NCBI GenBank assembly: GCA_021613535.1
Contig: CP075494.1
Location: forward strand, 11,966,001 to 12,030,000
Direction of reading: 5' to 3'
DNA length: 64,000 bases
Source: Adineta vaga
Lineage: Eukaryota; Animalia; Rotifera
Shown: piece by piece, positions 51,238 through 64,000 of the stretch
Position numbering within the stretch: the stretch's first letter is position 1
How the letters are laid out: each line of letters begins with the position of its first letter
The notes under the pieces: generated by a model
Told to the model about the DNA's origin: nothing
Databases searched by the model: none
The model's input: the letters and a program-made list of their open reading frames with translations, nothing else
Translations under genes and position numbers: made by a program

Positions 51238-54200
51238 TCAGGGATAAAAATCATATTGACTAACATAAATCAATATTTTCATAATTGAAATTGAATTTAA
51301 CATACTGTTTGTATAGATTTTCATTTCAATATTTAATTCAATTTCTTGTAAGGCATTTAATTCTTTAACAACAACTAAATGTGCATTATGAGGTGGATAA
51401 CGTTTCAATTGAAAATGTTCAAAGGATGTTTGAGTGAGATTTGTAAATGGATCACGTGCATTGATTAAACGTAGATCGAATTCAACATGTTGATTCATTG
51501 TCAACTGACTATTTCGTATACGAAAGATTTCCGTTGGAATACGTGTTTTAGCTGGAGAAAAAGGAAACAAAATAAAATTATCAGTTCAATCTTCAAGAGT
51601 TTTACATACCAGGTAAAGCAATAAATGAATAAACAATTTTAACTGGTTTACTAACTGTACAACGTAAATTTGGATCGTTTTGATTGTCATTACACCAACG
51701 TGCACTTAATTGACATCGACTAAAGACAAAAACCACATATTCGAAATAAAAATTTTGAAATTAATTTTACCTGTTGCCATGTTTTTCATAACCTTTAGGA
51801 CAATCGACATAATAACAGCGGTAGGCACCACGAAGATTTACGCAAACATCATCTGCACGACAATTATGTGTATTAAGTTGACATTCATCCATATCTTGGC
51901 ATAGACGACCACGTTCAAGAGAAAATCCAGATGGACAAATACATTTGTAAGAACCTGGTGTATTTACACAATGATATTGACATAAATTAGGAATCATCGA
52001 ACATTCATCGAGATCTAATTATAACATAAAGAAATGATGATTTCTTTTTCGGAGAAAATTTGAATTATTAGTTTACCTCGACAAGTTCGTTTATCACCAT
52101 TTAATCGATAACCTTCTTTACATAAACACTAGAAAAAGAAAATTAAACATTTTTTCTTTTTTAATTTCTAAAATAGAAACTTTATTTACATAATATGATC
52201 CTTGAACATTAATACATTTCTGTTCGCATGTGTCTGGTGATGTTTGACATTCATCAATATCTAGTCAATAAATATATTTGAACATCTGTCTTATTTTTTG
52301 TGATATTTATTACCTTCACAAAATGCACGTTCAGCTAACATTTTGTAACCAGCAACACAATCACACTAGAAAATACGAGATGTAAAAGTCTCAATTGAAA
52401 TTGCCTTATTTATTAATTAGTTACAGCATAGGAGCCAGGTGTATTACGACAGAATGAATTTGTTGGACATATTGAATGTCCACGTCCACATTCATCATCA
52501 TCTAAAAAAAATGAATAATATTATTCATTCAATGATAAAATCTATAGAAGACATACCAACACAAGCACCATATTTGAAGACAAACCCTGCCGGACATTGA
52601 CACTTTAGTAAGCAAAATGATTCAATCGAGTCTATTTTTGCAGTTGAAAAGACTTACATAAAATGATCCATATGTATTTTTACATGTTGCCGGTGGTAGA
52701 CATGTATGATTTCCAATAGTGCATTCATCAATATCTAGGAAAAAAGAAAATTAGAGTTTATAACAAGTTATATGTTTTTGTTCAAACTACCTAAACATTG
52801 TAGATCTTTCATTTCTAATCCATTTGAACAGGCAAATGTTTGAACACATTTATATGAGCCCGGTGTATTATCACATCTTTCACCAAGTTTACATGGACTT
52901 GGTTTTTGTGCACATTCATTGATATCTAAATCAATATAATACTATTTTTCAATTTAAATATCAATCTAGATAACATACCAATACACTTTCCAAAAAGAGT
53001 TATATTATAACCTGGTTGACATTGAATCTTTTCACAACGACCAAAGAAAGCATTGAATTTTTCTCCAAATGTACAATTTTGTGGTATACATCTATAGTTT
53101 TCGAAATTATTCCAAGAAAAGATGAATTTATCATAATATCGTTACTTATATGTTCCAGGAACATTTTTACAAATATAACCAGGTCTAAAAAAAACAAGTG
53201 AAGTATTATTTTTTATTTAATTATCAAATCATTCTGTTCTTACCTACACTCATCTATATCTTGTTCACATTCATCAATATCTAAGTAGAAGAAAAAAAAC
53301 AGTAAAGAAAATTCATTAATTACAAAAAGAAACCTTCCGAATTCTTACCAATACATGTTTGTGTAATTGGATCAACTTGATAACCAGTACCACAATTTCT
53401 CTCTCGAATACATCTATTATCAAAATCTGTTGTTTTCTTTGAGAGAAAAAAACGATTTTCGATCTTACCTAAATGAACCAGGCATATTCTCACAGCGTTG
53501 ACCATGCGTGCAATTATGTTTATGTAAAGCACATTCATCAATATCTGAATCAATGAATAAAAGAAAACTAAGATTAATTAGAAATAAATTATTCATACCG
53601 CGACATTCTCCTTGTTTGAGCGACCATGTATAACCAGGATCACATCCTTCAACACATCGATAAGAACCTGGTGTATTTTCACATTTCATTGTTTTCGCAC
53701 ATGGACTTGAAAGACATTCATTGATGTCTAAATTTATCTTATCGTATATCAGAAAATTTTCTTTCCAAAATACATACCATGACAGCGTCCATTTTCTCCC
53801 ATTTCAAAACCTGCATCACAATTTACTAGAAGAAAAACAAACAATACAAGAATTTGATTATGTTTTTCTTAATTACAAGATTTTGCTTTCTTGCAACAAC
53901 TTGCAAATTGTTCACTACATCTTTCATCGAGAACAGTCACCGGTTCACAATCTTCATGCTCTCGACCTGCTCGAACACCTAATTCGCAACATTTACAACA
54001 CATCTGAAGAATAGAAAAAAAGAAACTAATTCAATTGAAATAATTTAATGATTATCTTACCTGATATGTATCTTTGGATTCAAGTTTTGTTTCATTACAA
54101 GGTAATAATCGAAGTGCTGTTTTTAAACCTTCTTCACAAAAGAATTGTCGTAAATTCGATAAACAACATATATGAGCTAAGAATCGACAATTAGCTGAAT

Positions 54201-54436
54201 GATTTGTATGATTTTCCGTAATCAATGATTGTAATGTTACAGTACATGTTTTAGTACTTTCAGCTTGAATTCGACCTGTTTGACAACATTCTTCTACATT
54301 ATTACGAAATGCATCTGAAACAAATTCAATCAGAAAAAAAGCCAATTGATATCTTATATATTCATTTACCTGTAACCAATGAATATACGGTTAGTTGTCC
54401 TAAAAGAACAATGATTATTTTCGAAAACATATTCAT
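51238..54436 (-). CDS. Fibulin-1/2-like extracellular matrix protein, many exons
   Basis: Signal peptide and anaphylatoxin-like 'VEECCQTG...HICC...FCEEG'. Tandem cbEGF exons (DIDEC...CENxPGS[YF]RC) and a fibulin C-terminal domain ending 'IYVSQYDFYP'. Confidence 0.88.
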
Positions 54437-55644
54437 GACGTTTTTTTGTTTGCTTTCCTAGTGCAATCTATCTAATGATACTAATAGAAATCAACCGATA
54501 ATGTCTTCTGTCCAAACTCGTTTTTTCCTTTTCTCTTTCTTGTTGATATGATATTACAACAGCATCAATTCTATTCGACCTTCGTACTCGTCCTCATCTG
54601 TTCTCTCAAAGCGCTGTTTATGTACTCACTTAATCGATTGTCAACGACACATTCTATCTCTTATATCTCCAATGAGATATATACGATATGTTCGCATGCA
54701 GTTGCTTTTGGAGATTGTTTCCCATTCAATGATTATTTCTATATTATTATGCAAGCAATCAATGATCAATCTAACTGATCCATAGAACTCGATATTGATA
54801 ACTGAGAAAGAAAGATTCTTAATCTTGAAAGTTTTCCAATTAGAATTTAACTAATGACGATGATGTGATATGACATGTCAATTTGTTTCTAATTAGAAAA
54901 TGCTAACTTCGTTTGTTCGAATACTCTAGAGCTTTCTTTTCTTTTTTTCTCTTGTAACGATTATCTTTCAATCATTTCTGACATTCCAATAATTTCTTTT
55001 CTTTTTCTTTCTTGTTTTATTCACTAATGTGTTACTGAACTTGTTCGGTTCTTGTCTGACATGTTTAACTGACGAATAGCAGCATAAGCATATACCTTCT
55101 CCAGTCATCAAAAGGAAATAAGTGAGAGAGAGAGAGAGGGAGAGAGAGAAAAAAAGCGAGGAAAAAAGAACAAATATATAAGCATATTGCCACGTCAATG
55201 CCACTCTTTAAACATGAGACAGTTCTCTTTCTTTCTGTCTCCTTTTTTAATTTTGACGACACGAAATAAAATCCAACAAGCATTAAAAAAATAAAAGGAA
55301 CACACACGCAAGCACACATCAAACGTGTATGTAATGAAGAAAAATCTTGCAGAGAGAGGGAGAGAGACTGAGAGAAACCGAATGAAAGGAAAGAAATGAA
55401 AACATAAATATTCTTTTCATTTATACAAACATCTCTAAAACATATTCTCTCGTTTTATTATTTCCTTTTTCTACTTGCTTCTATTCATAGTTGATAAAAT
55501 CAGACAATGATGACGATTGAATAATTTCATCTGATGAAAAATCGTTTGAGATTTTTTATATATCAGATTTCTATCTATTGATATTAGCTTAGTAATATCA
55601 AAATATCAATTTGTGCTAAATAATTTTATTTTTTCTAGATAAAA

Positions 55645-57247
55645 ATGAACTTTTTTCTTTTCATTATATTAATTCTTCATGTCGATAGAATATTTAGTCA
55701 GGACAATAGCACAACGACTGTTGTATCTTCAATCAAGAATCCATATGAACCACGTGATCATATAGTTAATCCACATAATTTCTCTTACATTCTCAATCCT
55801 GGTTATTCCGTTTGTAATAATAGTAATTCGGGTATATTTATTCTTGTTTATGTTCATTCGGGTCCGGGAAATTATCAACGACGAGTTGTTATACGGGAAA
55901 CATGGGCAGCACGAAGTCTATTTCCTGAGATACGTTTAGTTTTTATGATGGGAAAAAGTACCGATGAAAATTTAATGAAAGCAATTAAATATGAAAATGA
56001 AATTTATCATGATATTGTTCAAGAAGATTTTATTGATTCATATAAAAATTTAACTTTTAAAGGTATTATGGCATTGAAATGGATATCAATCTATTGTTCG
56101 AATATAAAATATATCTTGAAAGTTGATGATGATATTGTTGTGAATACATTTACATTATTTAATCATTTGAGATATTTGGATAAAAATAATCCTGAAGGAC
56201 AAAAAGGGACAATACTTTGTTTATTATGGACAGCAATGATGGTTATGAGAGATAGGTATGAGAAAGAATAATAGTTGTGAAAGAATTTATTTCTAATGTT
56301 TTTTTTTATTGATAGTAAATCAAAATGGTATTTGAGTAAAGAAGATTTTCCATTCGATAAATTTCCACCGTATTGTAGTGGTTCCGGTAAAATACAAATA
56401 TTTATTATGATAATAAATGATTTTATGTTGTTGTTTTCTTTCTCTAGCTTTTATTATAACGGGAGATATGGCAGCAAAAATGTAAGTTTGAATGAAATAT
56501 CTTGACTCAGTAAAGTATCCTGAAATAAAAATAGGCTTTGTATGAACACAATATTCTACGTTCGTATAATGTATACGCTTTAACAATGGCATCAATTGTT
56601 AAATGAAATATTTTATTTCAATAGAGTTTCGGTCGATTGATAGAAAGTATGAATCAGTGCACTTCAGACCTTTTCTTCTGGAAAAAAGAACACATACCGT
56701 GACAGTTTAATGATGTATGCAACAGAGTAGTCAAATCAATTTTAGCACAGATTACTTTTTCAGTGATTCTATTCTAACTCGATGTGAATATTGTTTACAG
56801 ATTTCGAATTTGTGTGTGATTGTGTTTCTATTACCAAACATGCAATTTATATTCAATATTCTCTTCTAGGTATAATGCTAGTCTATACATTCCATTCTTC
56901 TGGGTTGATGATTATTATATCACAGGAGCAGTAGCGACTGCAGCAAATGTTACCTATGCTCAACTTGGTTCACTATACACCATTCCCGAACAATTAGCAC
57001 ATACACGTTTCATGTCTGCTAAATCATTCTATACAATTATGTTTGGACATTTTGTAAGTCGAACAATGAACTCAAATTGAAAAATGCTTCCTTTTCTCGT
57101 TCATTCTAGCCAAATTCATTGAATAATATGCGAGAAATTTGGCGAAGAATATTAACATTACAACTCTACAAATATCCAGATCGTATTAACTTACAATCAT
57201 TCAGTTGGGACGAAACTATTCATCAGAATGACAAAGCAATACGATAA
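55645..57247 (+). CDS. GT31 beta-1,3-galactosyltransferase-like protein, multi-exon
   Basis: 'RRVVIRETW', 'DIVQEDFIDSYKNLTFK', 'LKVDDD', 'SKWY', 'FPPYCSGS', 'FWVDDYYITG'. Confidence 0.9.
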
Positions 57248-57619
57248 TTAATTGTCTGATAGAATTGCCGTGTAGCAAGCGTTTTTGTTTTTGTGATTAT
57301 AGTTTTTCCAGCGGTGAATATATTTATATATTGTTAATGATTTGTATCTCAACGAAAATAGAATTTAAAAGTGAAGGTGAATCTAAGCTTTTTTCAAATA
57401 TAATATCTATTAATGCATTGAAGTTGATCGAGCTTCGATTGCACGGTTTCTTGCTCGTTCCTAGGACTGCTCTGTTTTCTTTCAGCTTTTTCTCCATATA
57501 GTCAAAACTCAAGCTAACATAAGTAAATGTGCAAAAATTTTCACAGGACTATAGTAATTTTCATCAAACTAAAAAGAATGATGCTATTCGTCGTCCATTG
57601 GTTTCTTAAATTATAGATA

Positions 57620-57945
57620 AATAACGAGAAATTACTCTACATAGTCAACATGTGCTTCAACAAGATTGAGCAGATTAAGATGAGGAAAACTAATTAATTT
57701 CTAAAACTGCTGTTTTCTTTCTTGCAAAAGGATATGTATCAGTCGTTGTCAAGCATCGAACTTTGAAAAGAATCATTGAGATGAACAAAAGTTTCGAACT
57801 GATCTGGAAGTGAATAGATATGGAATTTTACTACGCCATTTACTTGTATAAAGTCGCTCGGTTCTATTGGGGTTCTAGATTCAAAATGAGCATATTCATA
57901 TTTTTTTCCAATATAACTTTGTTGAATATATTTGATGAAGTGTAG
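57620..57945 (-). pseudogene. Decayed fragment of a large bdelloid F-box/LRR-like family gene
   Basis: 'IQQSYIGKKYE...FHIYSLPDQFETFVHLNDSFQ', then after a break 'LISFPHLNLLNLVEAHVDYVE*FL' with an in-frame TAA at 57632-57634. Family recognised from memory of rotifer predicted proteins, not from a search. Confidence 0.5.
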
Positions 57946-58019
57946 CAAATGTTTTAGCACTTGAGAATTTACTTCAATACCACCAAAAAAAGTCGAATCT
58001 CAACCCCTATTATCGATAG

Positions 58020-58512
58020 AAATAAGATTAATTCTTCAAGATTAGTCATTTGACGAATTAATAGAATTATGAGTTCACCGAAAAAAAGATGTGCAATGAT
58101 GTGAGGTCTATGATAGGCGTTTTAACTAAGGTTTCAATTTGTTAAAAGATGTATTATTTTCACTCTCGATCGATTGATAGAAAATGTGTATCAGGATATT
58201 TCAACCATTTTCTTTTAAAAACCAAAATAGGATACATATTTTGTTAATATCAGTGCATTCTTTCAACGTTATTACTTACGAAAGTACCATACTAGTCAAA
58301 TCAATATCGACATGAATTACTTTCGCAGTGATTCTCGTGTAAATCTATATGAATAAACTACATAGCGTTTCTGTACAACACACAAAATATTGATTGATCA
58401 AACATGAGATGTTTATTGAATATTTTCTTCTAGGGGAATAATGCTGACTTATTCGTATCATTCTTCTGAGTTGATGATTATCATATCACAGGAGCAGTAG
58501 TGACTGTTGCAT
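58020..58512 (+). pseudogene. Degenerate tandem duplicate of the GT31 gene's intron and exon (source ~56480-56945)
   Basis: ttcttcTGAgttgatgattatcatatcacaggagcagtagtgactg (58461-58506) matches ttcttcTGGgttgatgattattatatcacaggagcagtagcgactg (56895-56940). Upstream intron blocks also match (tcgattgatagaaa; tagtcaaatcaat; cagtgattct). Confidence 0.8.
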
Positions 58513-59145
58513 CTTGAGGATGAAGAGTTTTTAATCTTTGTTTGTTTCTTTGTAATCAGTTATTTACTATGAGAACAAATTTCGAGCGACGCTTCTTCGA
58601 CAGTTTTTAACATATGTTTTTACGTACATTTTGGCGAGCTTGGTGCAGATTTTTTAAGAAAAGAAGCAATGATTCATGTTGAAGAATCCGATTCGGAAAC
58701 TTTCAGTTCTATGTCATTCTTGTAATATCATGGAAGTAGTATTACGAATACGAAAAATTTTACTTTTTCTGACGTTTTCCAAATAATTTCGGTCCTTTCT
58801 AACCACAAAAGCCTGGAAGTCTTGCAAAAGATCTGGTCATTTTACACATATACGTAAAAAATCTTGAGATAAAGATAATAATTTAAGCCATACTTCAAAT
58901 CAATCTTTTGTCAATCACAGTACTTTTGCTTCTAAATGAAACGAATATTTCAACCCTTCTATGCATATCCAATCACACTACAACACTTATGTGCACATTT
59001 CTTCTCGAAATAGAATATCTACTAATACAATCAATTTTATTTAATGAAAAAAGAGGAATTACAGATAAACAACTAGTATGTGTTCAAATTTAGCATTATA
59101 TGCATATGTAGAAACAAATCATCTGACATCAAAGCAGTTGAATAA

Positions 59146-61965
59146 TTAAAAAGAAGATGTAACCATTTGCATTGCTGTTTGTCGCACTTCAGTTGCACGT
59201 TTTTTTGCTCGTTCATAATTATCTGAAATGAAATACAAGATTGAACCTTTTACATAAATAAACGCTTAATCCAAGCTTCCTATTTCCAGCACTTTATCTG
59301 ACAGACCGTTTTCCGAGAGTGCTTTAAATTACCAGAGTGATAGCTGCTCGAGTACGCTATTTATAAACAAATTATAAACTTACCGAGTACACTATTGATA
59401 TTTGATATAAATCCATCAAATCTAAGGATAGTTAAAGTGAATAATTCTGCAATTCATCATATTTAAAAGCATACCCAGAACGATTCATCGTATGAGTATT
59501 ACGAGTCATACTACGTTCTACAACAAAGCTTCTATTCAAAGAAATAACAAGAAAAATATCAAGATTGAATGAGAAATTCTTTTCGTACTGTGATTGAAAA
59601 ACTACATTGAACCGAATATTTAATGTTCCTGTCGAAACAGTACGAAAACCAAAACGACTCAATGGTGTATTATTCTATAAAGGTATCATAAATTATTGTT
59701 GCTTTTATTTAAATGTCATCCTACTGGTTCAGTTCGAAATAATGATGGAATTGCAATGTAAGTCATATCTTCAAGTTCAATAGATCCTCCAATAAAAAAA
59801 CGACGAACTTCATTGAATATTGAATCTCCACGTGGTCTCCAACATGGAAGATGTTCGTTATAAAATCCTGCAGAGCAGAAAGATTACAACTATATCAGAG
59901 TAACAAAAATGATTGTGAACCTGGTAGATTTGGAATATCAATGAAGGTATAACCTTCTGTCCGATGACGACCCCATGAATCGAGTGAAGCAATTTGAAAA
60001 TAAATTTTCGGCATTCGTGGAAAACCTATTAAATAACGTTTATAGAAATGAAGCAAAGGAAAAACTTGTTTACTTTGATCAGTTGTATGAGTTGGTGGTT
60101 TATACCATAGTTCGAATTCAAATGGATGAGAATAGTAAACAATATCATCCTATTATTTTTAAAAAAACTCAGAATAGAATTACAAATGATTAACACATGT
60201 ACCTATTTCAATCAACAAATTTTCCAAGAATCAAAATAAAATAGCAGCAATCACCTGTATAATTAATTATTTCACGTACGTATTTACTAGACATTGTCAT
60301 ACTTCCTGTATGAGTATAACCTGATAAAATCATAGATGATTCCACATACCAATCTAAAGAATTTCAAACATGGCTTTTATCTTCAATCATTTGACAGGTT
60401 TTGAAAAACTTACTCTCAGCTAAATCAAGCAAATAGTAAACATAAATATTATCATATTCAAAATTTTTCGCACTAACTATTTCACCAATAATATTTAATT
60501 TCAAAACAGCTGGTGGTGGCTAAAATTGAAATAGAAAAATCAAACAATCAAATATCTTATACAAATCAATCTACTGTATCAAATTTGTTTCCAACCATCT
60601 GTGCTAAATGTGTTTGTTGTCTTAAACAAATTTCATTGAATAATTTTCTTTCTTTAACCCAGTCAGGCATACTAATGGACATAGAAGCATGTTCTAAATA
60701 ATATTGATATACTTCATTATTTAAAGTTCCTGTTTCAATCATATAAGCCATTTTATCAACATTAAAATCGGGTGTGATCAGAATTGTATCATTAGAATAC
60801 ACATGTATTCGACATAGAACATGTGCATTGGGCCGTCGTGGTAAAAGAAGAAGCTGAGCTGTGGCAGTAGTAGTAGGATCATTTAAATCAGCCATTATAT
60901 ACATAGTTTGACGGGGTGAAGAACCATAATGATTGATACGAAGATCGTTAACTGTTGGATTTTCTTTGATAAGATCTGTTTTTGGTAGATATTGATTATT
61001 ACTAAAGATATTTTTTGTTGAATTGATTGATCGATTAGAACAAATGAAGTCAAACAAACCTTATTCTTAAACGAGATTGAACAGTACGATGTTTACCTGA
61101 AAGAAATGATTATTTTAGTATTATAGAAATCTCGCTAATCTATTGACAAATAGTGATATGTACATGCTTCGAAGTCTTAGAAATAGTTCACTATTTTCTT
61201 CATCAATATTAGACACTTACGAATAGAATCGATACCCAATGCTAATTCACTTGGTTGTTCATTGGGTGAATTAGTCATGAAATATTCGAACTAAATGCAA
61301 AAATACAACGCCATATCGATTAAATTCAATTCAGTTTTCTTACATCTCTTTCCATACAATAGGGATCATCTTCGATATAGGTATATATTCTTCCCGGTTG
61401 CTTTCCTTGTGCTCTAAAATTACAAATCAAAATTAAAATTAATAGAATGAAATCTTCTTTGTTTTACTTCATTTTTTGTATCTGATCAAAATATTTCTTT
61501 TCAAGAGCTGTAGCGGATGGTCCGAAACCTCTTCCATATATCTCAAATTCAAACTAAATCAAAAAGTAAATTAAAAAGAGAATATAATATTTAATACAAA
61601 TATACACGACTGAACAGTTTCTGTTGCCAATGGATTACAACTTCTTCATAGTCTGAGATATTTCTTGTATCTAATGCTAGTGCGATGTTTGTAGTCGTAG
61701 GTTTTATCTTTTCAATCTTTTGTCCATCTTTATCAAGTAATCGTGATAGATCTTCTTGAATTTTAAGTCGTGGTAAACTTGGTAGCAATGCATTGGATGT
61801 CAAACGTTCTAATTTAACACTAATAGAAGCAAATTTGTTTTTTATAAAACTACATCATAAATTTGAATATTTTTGATATTTATTATACCGTATTTTAAAG
61901 TTTTGAATCGGATCGTTTGATCGATAGATAGCATGATTCACATCATTATCATCCAAATTCGACAT
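59146..61965 (-). CDS. MKS1: Meckel syndrome type 1 protein (B9-domain transition-zone protein), multi-exon
   Basis: 'AIYRSNDPIQNFKIR|VKLERLT', 'EEVVIHWQQKLFS', 'QTMYIMADL', 'GEIVSAKNFEYDNIYVYY', 'SWGRHRTEGYTF', 'RRFFIGGSIELED', 'LSRFGFRTVSTG'. Confidence 0.9.
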
Positions 61966-62389
61966 TACTTAGATCGAAAGTAATAGCGATAGAAACGAAA
62001 GGTAAGATAAGAGTAGGTATCACAGCGATATCATATGACTGGCCAAATCGAATGTAGATGTCGTCTGATTTATCATACGCTTGATTTATTTATTATTCGA
62101 TGAAATGGAATCTTATCAATAATTTCGATAGAATTTGATGCAAAGTTAGTTTTTAAAAAATAGATCAAAACGCAATTCGTTTGTACATTTAGAAGTGAAT
62201 TTCACATACTGTAAATAAAAGTATATTCACACATTTATATTAATTTCAAGAATCTTACCTATTAATATTATATGATGAATAACCTCAAATCATCTAAGAA
62301 TATCTTTCATTGTCTCATAAAATCTATCACAGTAGACAATTGATTGATATAGATCTACATATACGAATCTTTTATTTTTAGATATTGCA

Positions 62390-63097
62390 ATGAGTGAACT
62401 TGCATCTCGTTTAAAATTAATTATTCAACGTGTCAATGAACTATCCTCTCCTGCTCGTTCTCCTGTTCGTCTAATTGCCATATCGAAAACTAAACCTGTT
62501 GAAGATATTATTGAACTGTATCGAGCAGGTCAACGTTATTTTGGAGAAAATTATGCTGAAGAATTAGAAAAAAAATCCAATGATAAACTGATTCAAACTC
62601 ATTGTCCCGATATTCGTTGGCATTTCGTCGGACATTTACAACGAAAAAAAGTTCCACGATTTTTAACACGTGTTACAAATCTCGATTGTGTTCAAACAGT
62701 TGATTCTATTGAACTTGCTGACCGTTTAAACATGATTCTTAAACAACAATCACAAAAATTGAATGTTCTTCTACAGATTAATACAAGTAATGAAAAACAA
62801 AAATATGGAATTGATCGAAAACAATTTCTATCTCTCTATGATTATATTCAAAAGAATTGTCCAACATTGATATGCCAAGGTTTAATGACGATTGGTTCGT
62901 TAGATAATGTTCAGGCTGCAAGTGATCAAGATTTTCAAGTATTAGTTCAATGTCGAAAAGATTTATGTGAGAAATATAATCGTAATTTGAATGATATCGA
63001 ACTATCCATGGGTATGTCACATGATTATGAACGAGCAATTCAAGCAGGAAGTACGATTGTTCGTGTGGGTAGTTCGATATTTGGTCCTCGACGTTAA
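62390..63097 (+). CDS. PLPBP: Pyridoxal phosphate homeostasis protein (PROSC/YggS), intronless
   Basis: 'RLIAISKTKP', 'FGENY', 'WHFVGHLQ', 'GLMTIG', 'LSMGMSHDYERAIQAGSTIVRVGSSIFG'. Confidence 0.95.
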   Translation: MSELASRLKLIIQRVNELSSPARSPVRLIAISKTKPVEDIIELYRAGQRYFGENYAEELEKKSNDKLIQTHCPDIRWHFVGHLQRKKVPRFLTRVTNLDCVQTVDSIELADRLNMILKQQSQKLNVLLQINTSNEKQKYGIDRKQFLSLYDYIQKNCPTLICQGLMTIGSLDNVQAASDQDFQVLVQCRKDLCEKYNRNLNDIELSMGMSHDYERAIQAGSTIVRVGSSIFGPRR

Positions 63098-63164
63098 TCA
63101 ACCAATTTTTTTTGTATGCCAAATGAAATACATAGTAGTTCCTTCTTCTTTCAGATTAACTCAT

Positions 63165-63540
63165 ATGGAATATAGTGATGCTGATCCATCGTTTCGTGCA
63201 CGATTTATCGTGCCAAAATTTGATCCAGATTCATTCATTCAATCGATTGGTATATTAAACAAAAGTATTGAACGATTCGATTTTCATTTGTATATATTTT
63301 TCAGCATCAAAATCGATTGGAAGTGAAGATTTGGTTAATATGAAACGACGAATGTATTTAATTTCCAGTGAAGCAAAAACAGATTTAAAACAAAATGTCT
63401 ATCGAAATCATACAAAATTTATTGAAACAGCCAAACAAGTAGCATCGCTCGAATCCGAAGTTTATCAATTACAATCGTTATTGGCCGACGAAAAGCAATT
63501 ATTGAATACTGTGAAAGAATCACTAAATATTCAAACGCAG
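63165..63540 (+). CDS. EXOC8: Exocyst component 8 (Exo84), first two exons; the gene presumably continues past the window
   Basis: 'KFDPDSFIQSI|A...KTDLKQNVYRNHTKFIETAKQVASLESEVYQLQSLL' matches the Exo84 N-terminal Vps51-like domain. Intron 63250-63304, next donor at 63541. Confidence 0.82.
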
Positions 63541-64000
63541 GTTAGATGATTCAATCGATTCATATTGAGTAATAACCTACACGCTTCATGGATGAATACT
63601 AATTTAACATTGAGTTATGTTATATATTAAAATAATGGTCAAGAATTGAATTGATAGTTTGTTACAGATTAACAAAACATAATATATATGTGGATTGTTA
63701 TTCAAATATATTTTTCAAGCTTTAATTTTTTATTAATACGTGTACTTAATAATTGCTTGTATGAAATTTTAATAAATTTGATAATAACATTAATACAACA
63801 TTTTTAACATAACCAAATTTTAATCTAAAACAAACACTATGTCGAATAAAACTGAATGATATCGTATTCGATCGAAAACGAACGGAGTTGCTGTTTGTTT
63901 ACTCACTACTGTATAAAATGAAAAAACAAAATGTTCCTCTCGTTGATCTATTTTTAGTCCGATACTTCGGGAACATTAGAAACAGATTCTTGTCAATCAC

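Noticed and set aside
54436-55645. Divergent fibulin / GT31 pair as an enzyme-substrate unit (EGF glycosylation)
   Set aside because: The GT31 protein looks like a generic B3GALT rather than Fringe, and head-to-head pairs are common in this compact genome.
58560-58910. Mostly open minus-strand frame with three stops
   Set aside because: No recognisable protein or transposon motif; cannot be called a pseudogene without a search.
62390-63097. Intronless PLPBP as a bacterial yggS transfer
   Set aside because: PLPBP is universal in eukaryotes, and motifs such as SKTKP, 'CPDIRWHF' and GLMTIG fit the eukaryotic form.
49927-63540. Ciliary gene cluster (CFAP161, MKS1, EXOC8)
   Set aside because: The genes are separated by unrelated ones, and this density is expected by chance in a ciliated animal.
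1-64000. CRISPR arrays, rRNA, intact transposases or retroelements, prokaryotic contamination
   Set aside because: No regularly spaced repeats, rRNA-like sequence or RT/transposase motifs were seen. Three of the four foreign-type genes contain spliceosomal introns, and all sit among metazoan genes.

Overview
AT-rich (roughly 30% GC by eye), gene-dense eukaryotic DNA with very short GT-AG introns (mostly ~50-65 nt). Conserved metazoan genes are interleaved with genes of apparently non-metazoan type, which fits a bdelloid rotifer (Rotaria/Adineta-like); this is inferred, not proven. About 28 protein-coding genes can be reconstructed: ARNT/tango (partial), hnRNP D/squid-like, a PDZ-ZM (Zasp-like) gene, a KIF28-like kinesin-3, an MS4A-like 4TM protein, secreted PLA2, two tandem DUSP14/18-like phosphatases, a tensin-like SH2-PTB protein, a bacterial-type aldo-keto reductase, a SOCS-box protein, a dcd1/acid-ceramidase-like Ntn hydrolase, DDA1 (absent from the ORF track), a TM-less synaptotagmin-like protein, BTBD9, a bacterial-type CorA with 4 introns, an intronless vWA protein, a Pro-rich [S/N]PF-repeat protein, a peptide-type class A GPCR, a 2-EF-hand protein, a 93-aa FYDFG[S/T] neuropeptide precursor, CFAP161, fibulin, a GT31 galactosyltransferase, MKS1, PLPBP and the 5' part of EXOC8. 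Best leads: (1) an apparently non-amidated, allatostatin-A-like FYDFG[S/T] precursor ~2.4 kb from a co-oriented peptide GPCR; (2) operon-like PLPBP-EXOC8 geometry (67-nt gap with a splice acceptor); (3) four horizontal-transfer candidates, three of them with introns; (4) a DUSP with RFX X-box-like promoter motifs and a SAXO/Mn-like C-terminal motif; (5) an unrecognised tandem-repeat protein. No rRNA, tRNA, CRISPR array or intact transposon was recognised. Family assignments come from motif recognition and memory, not database searches, and exon boundaries were read by hand.
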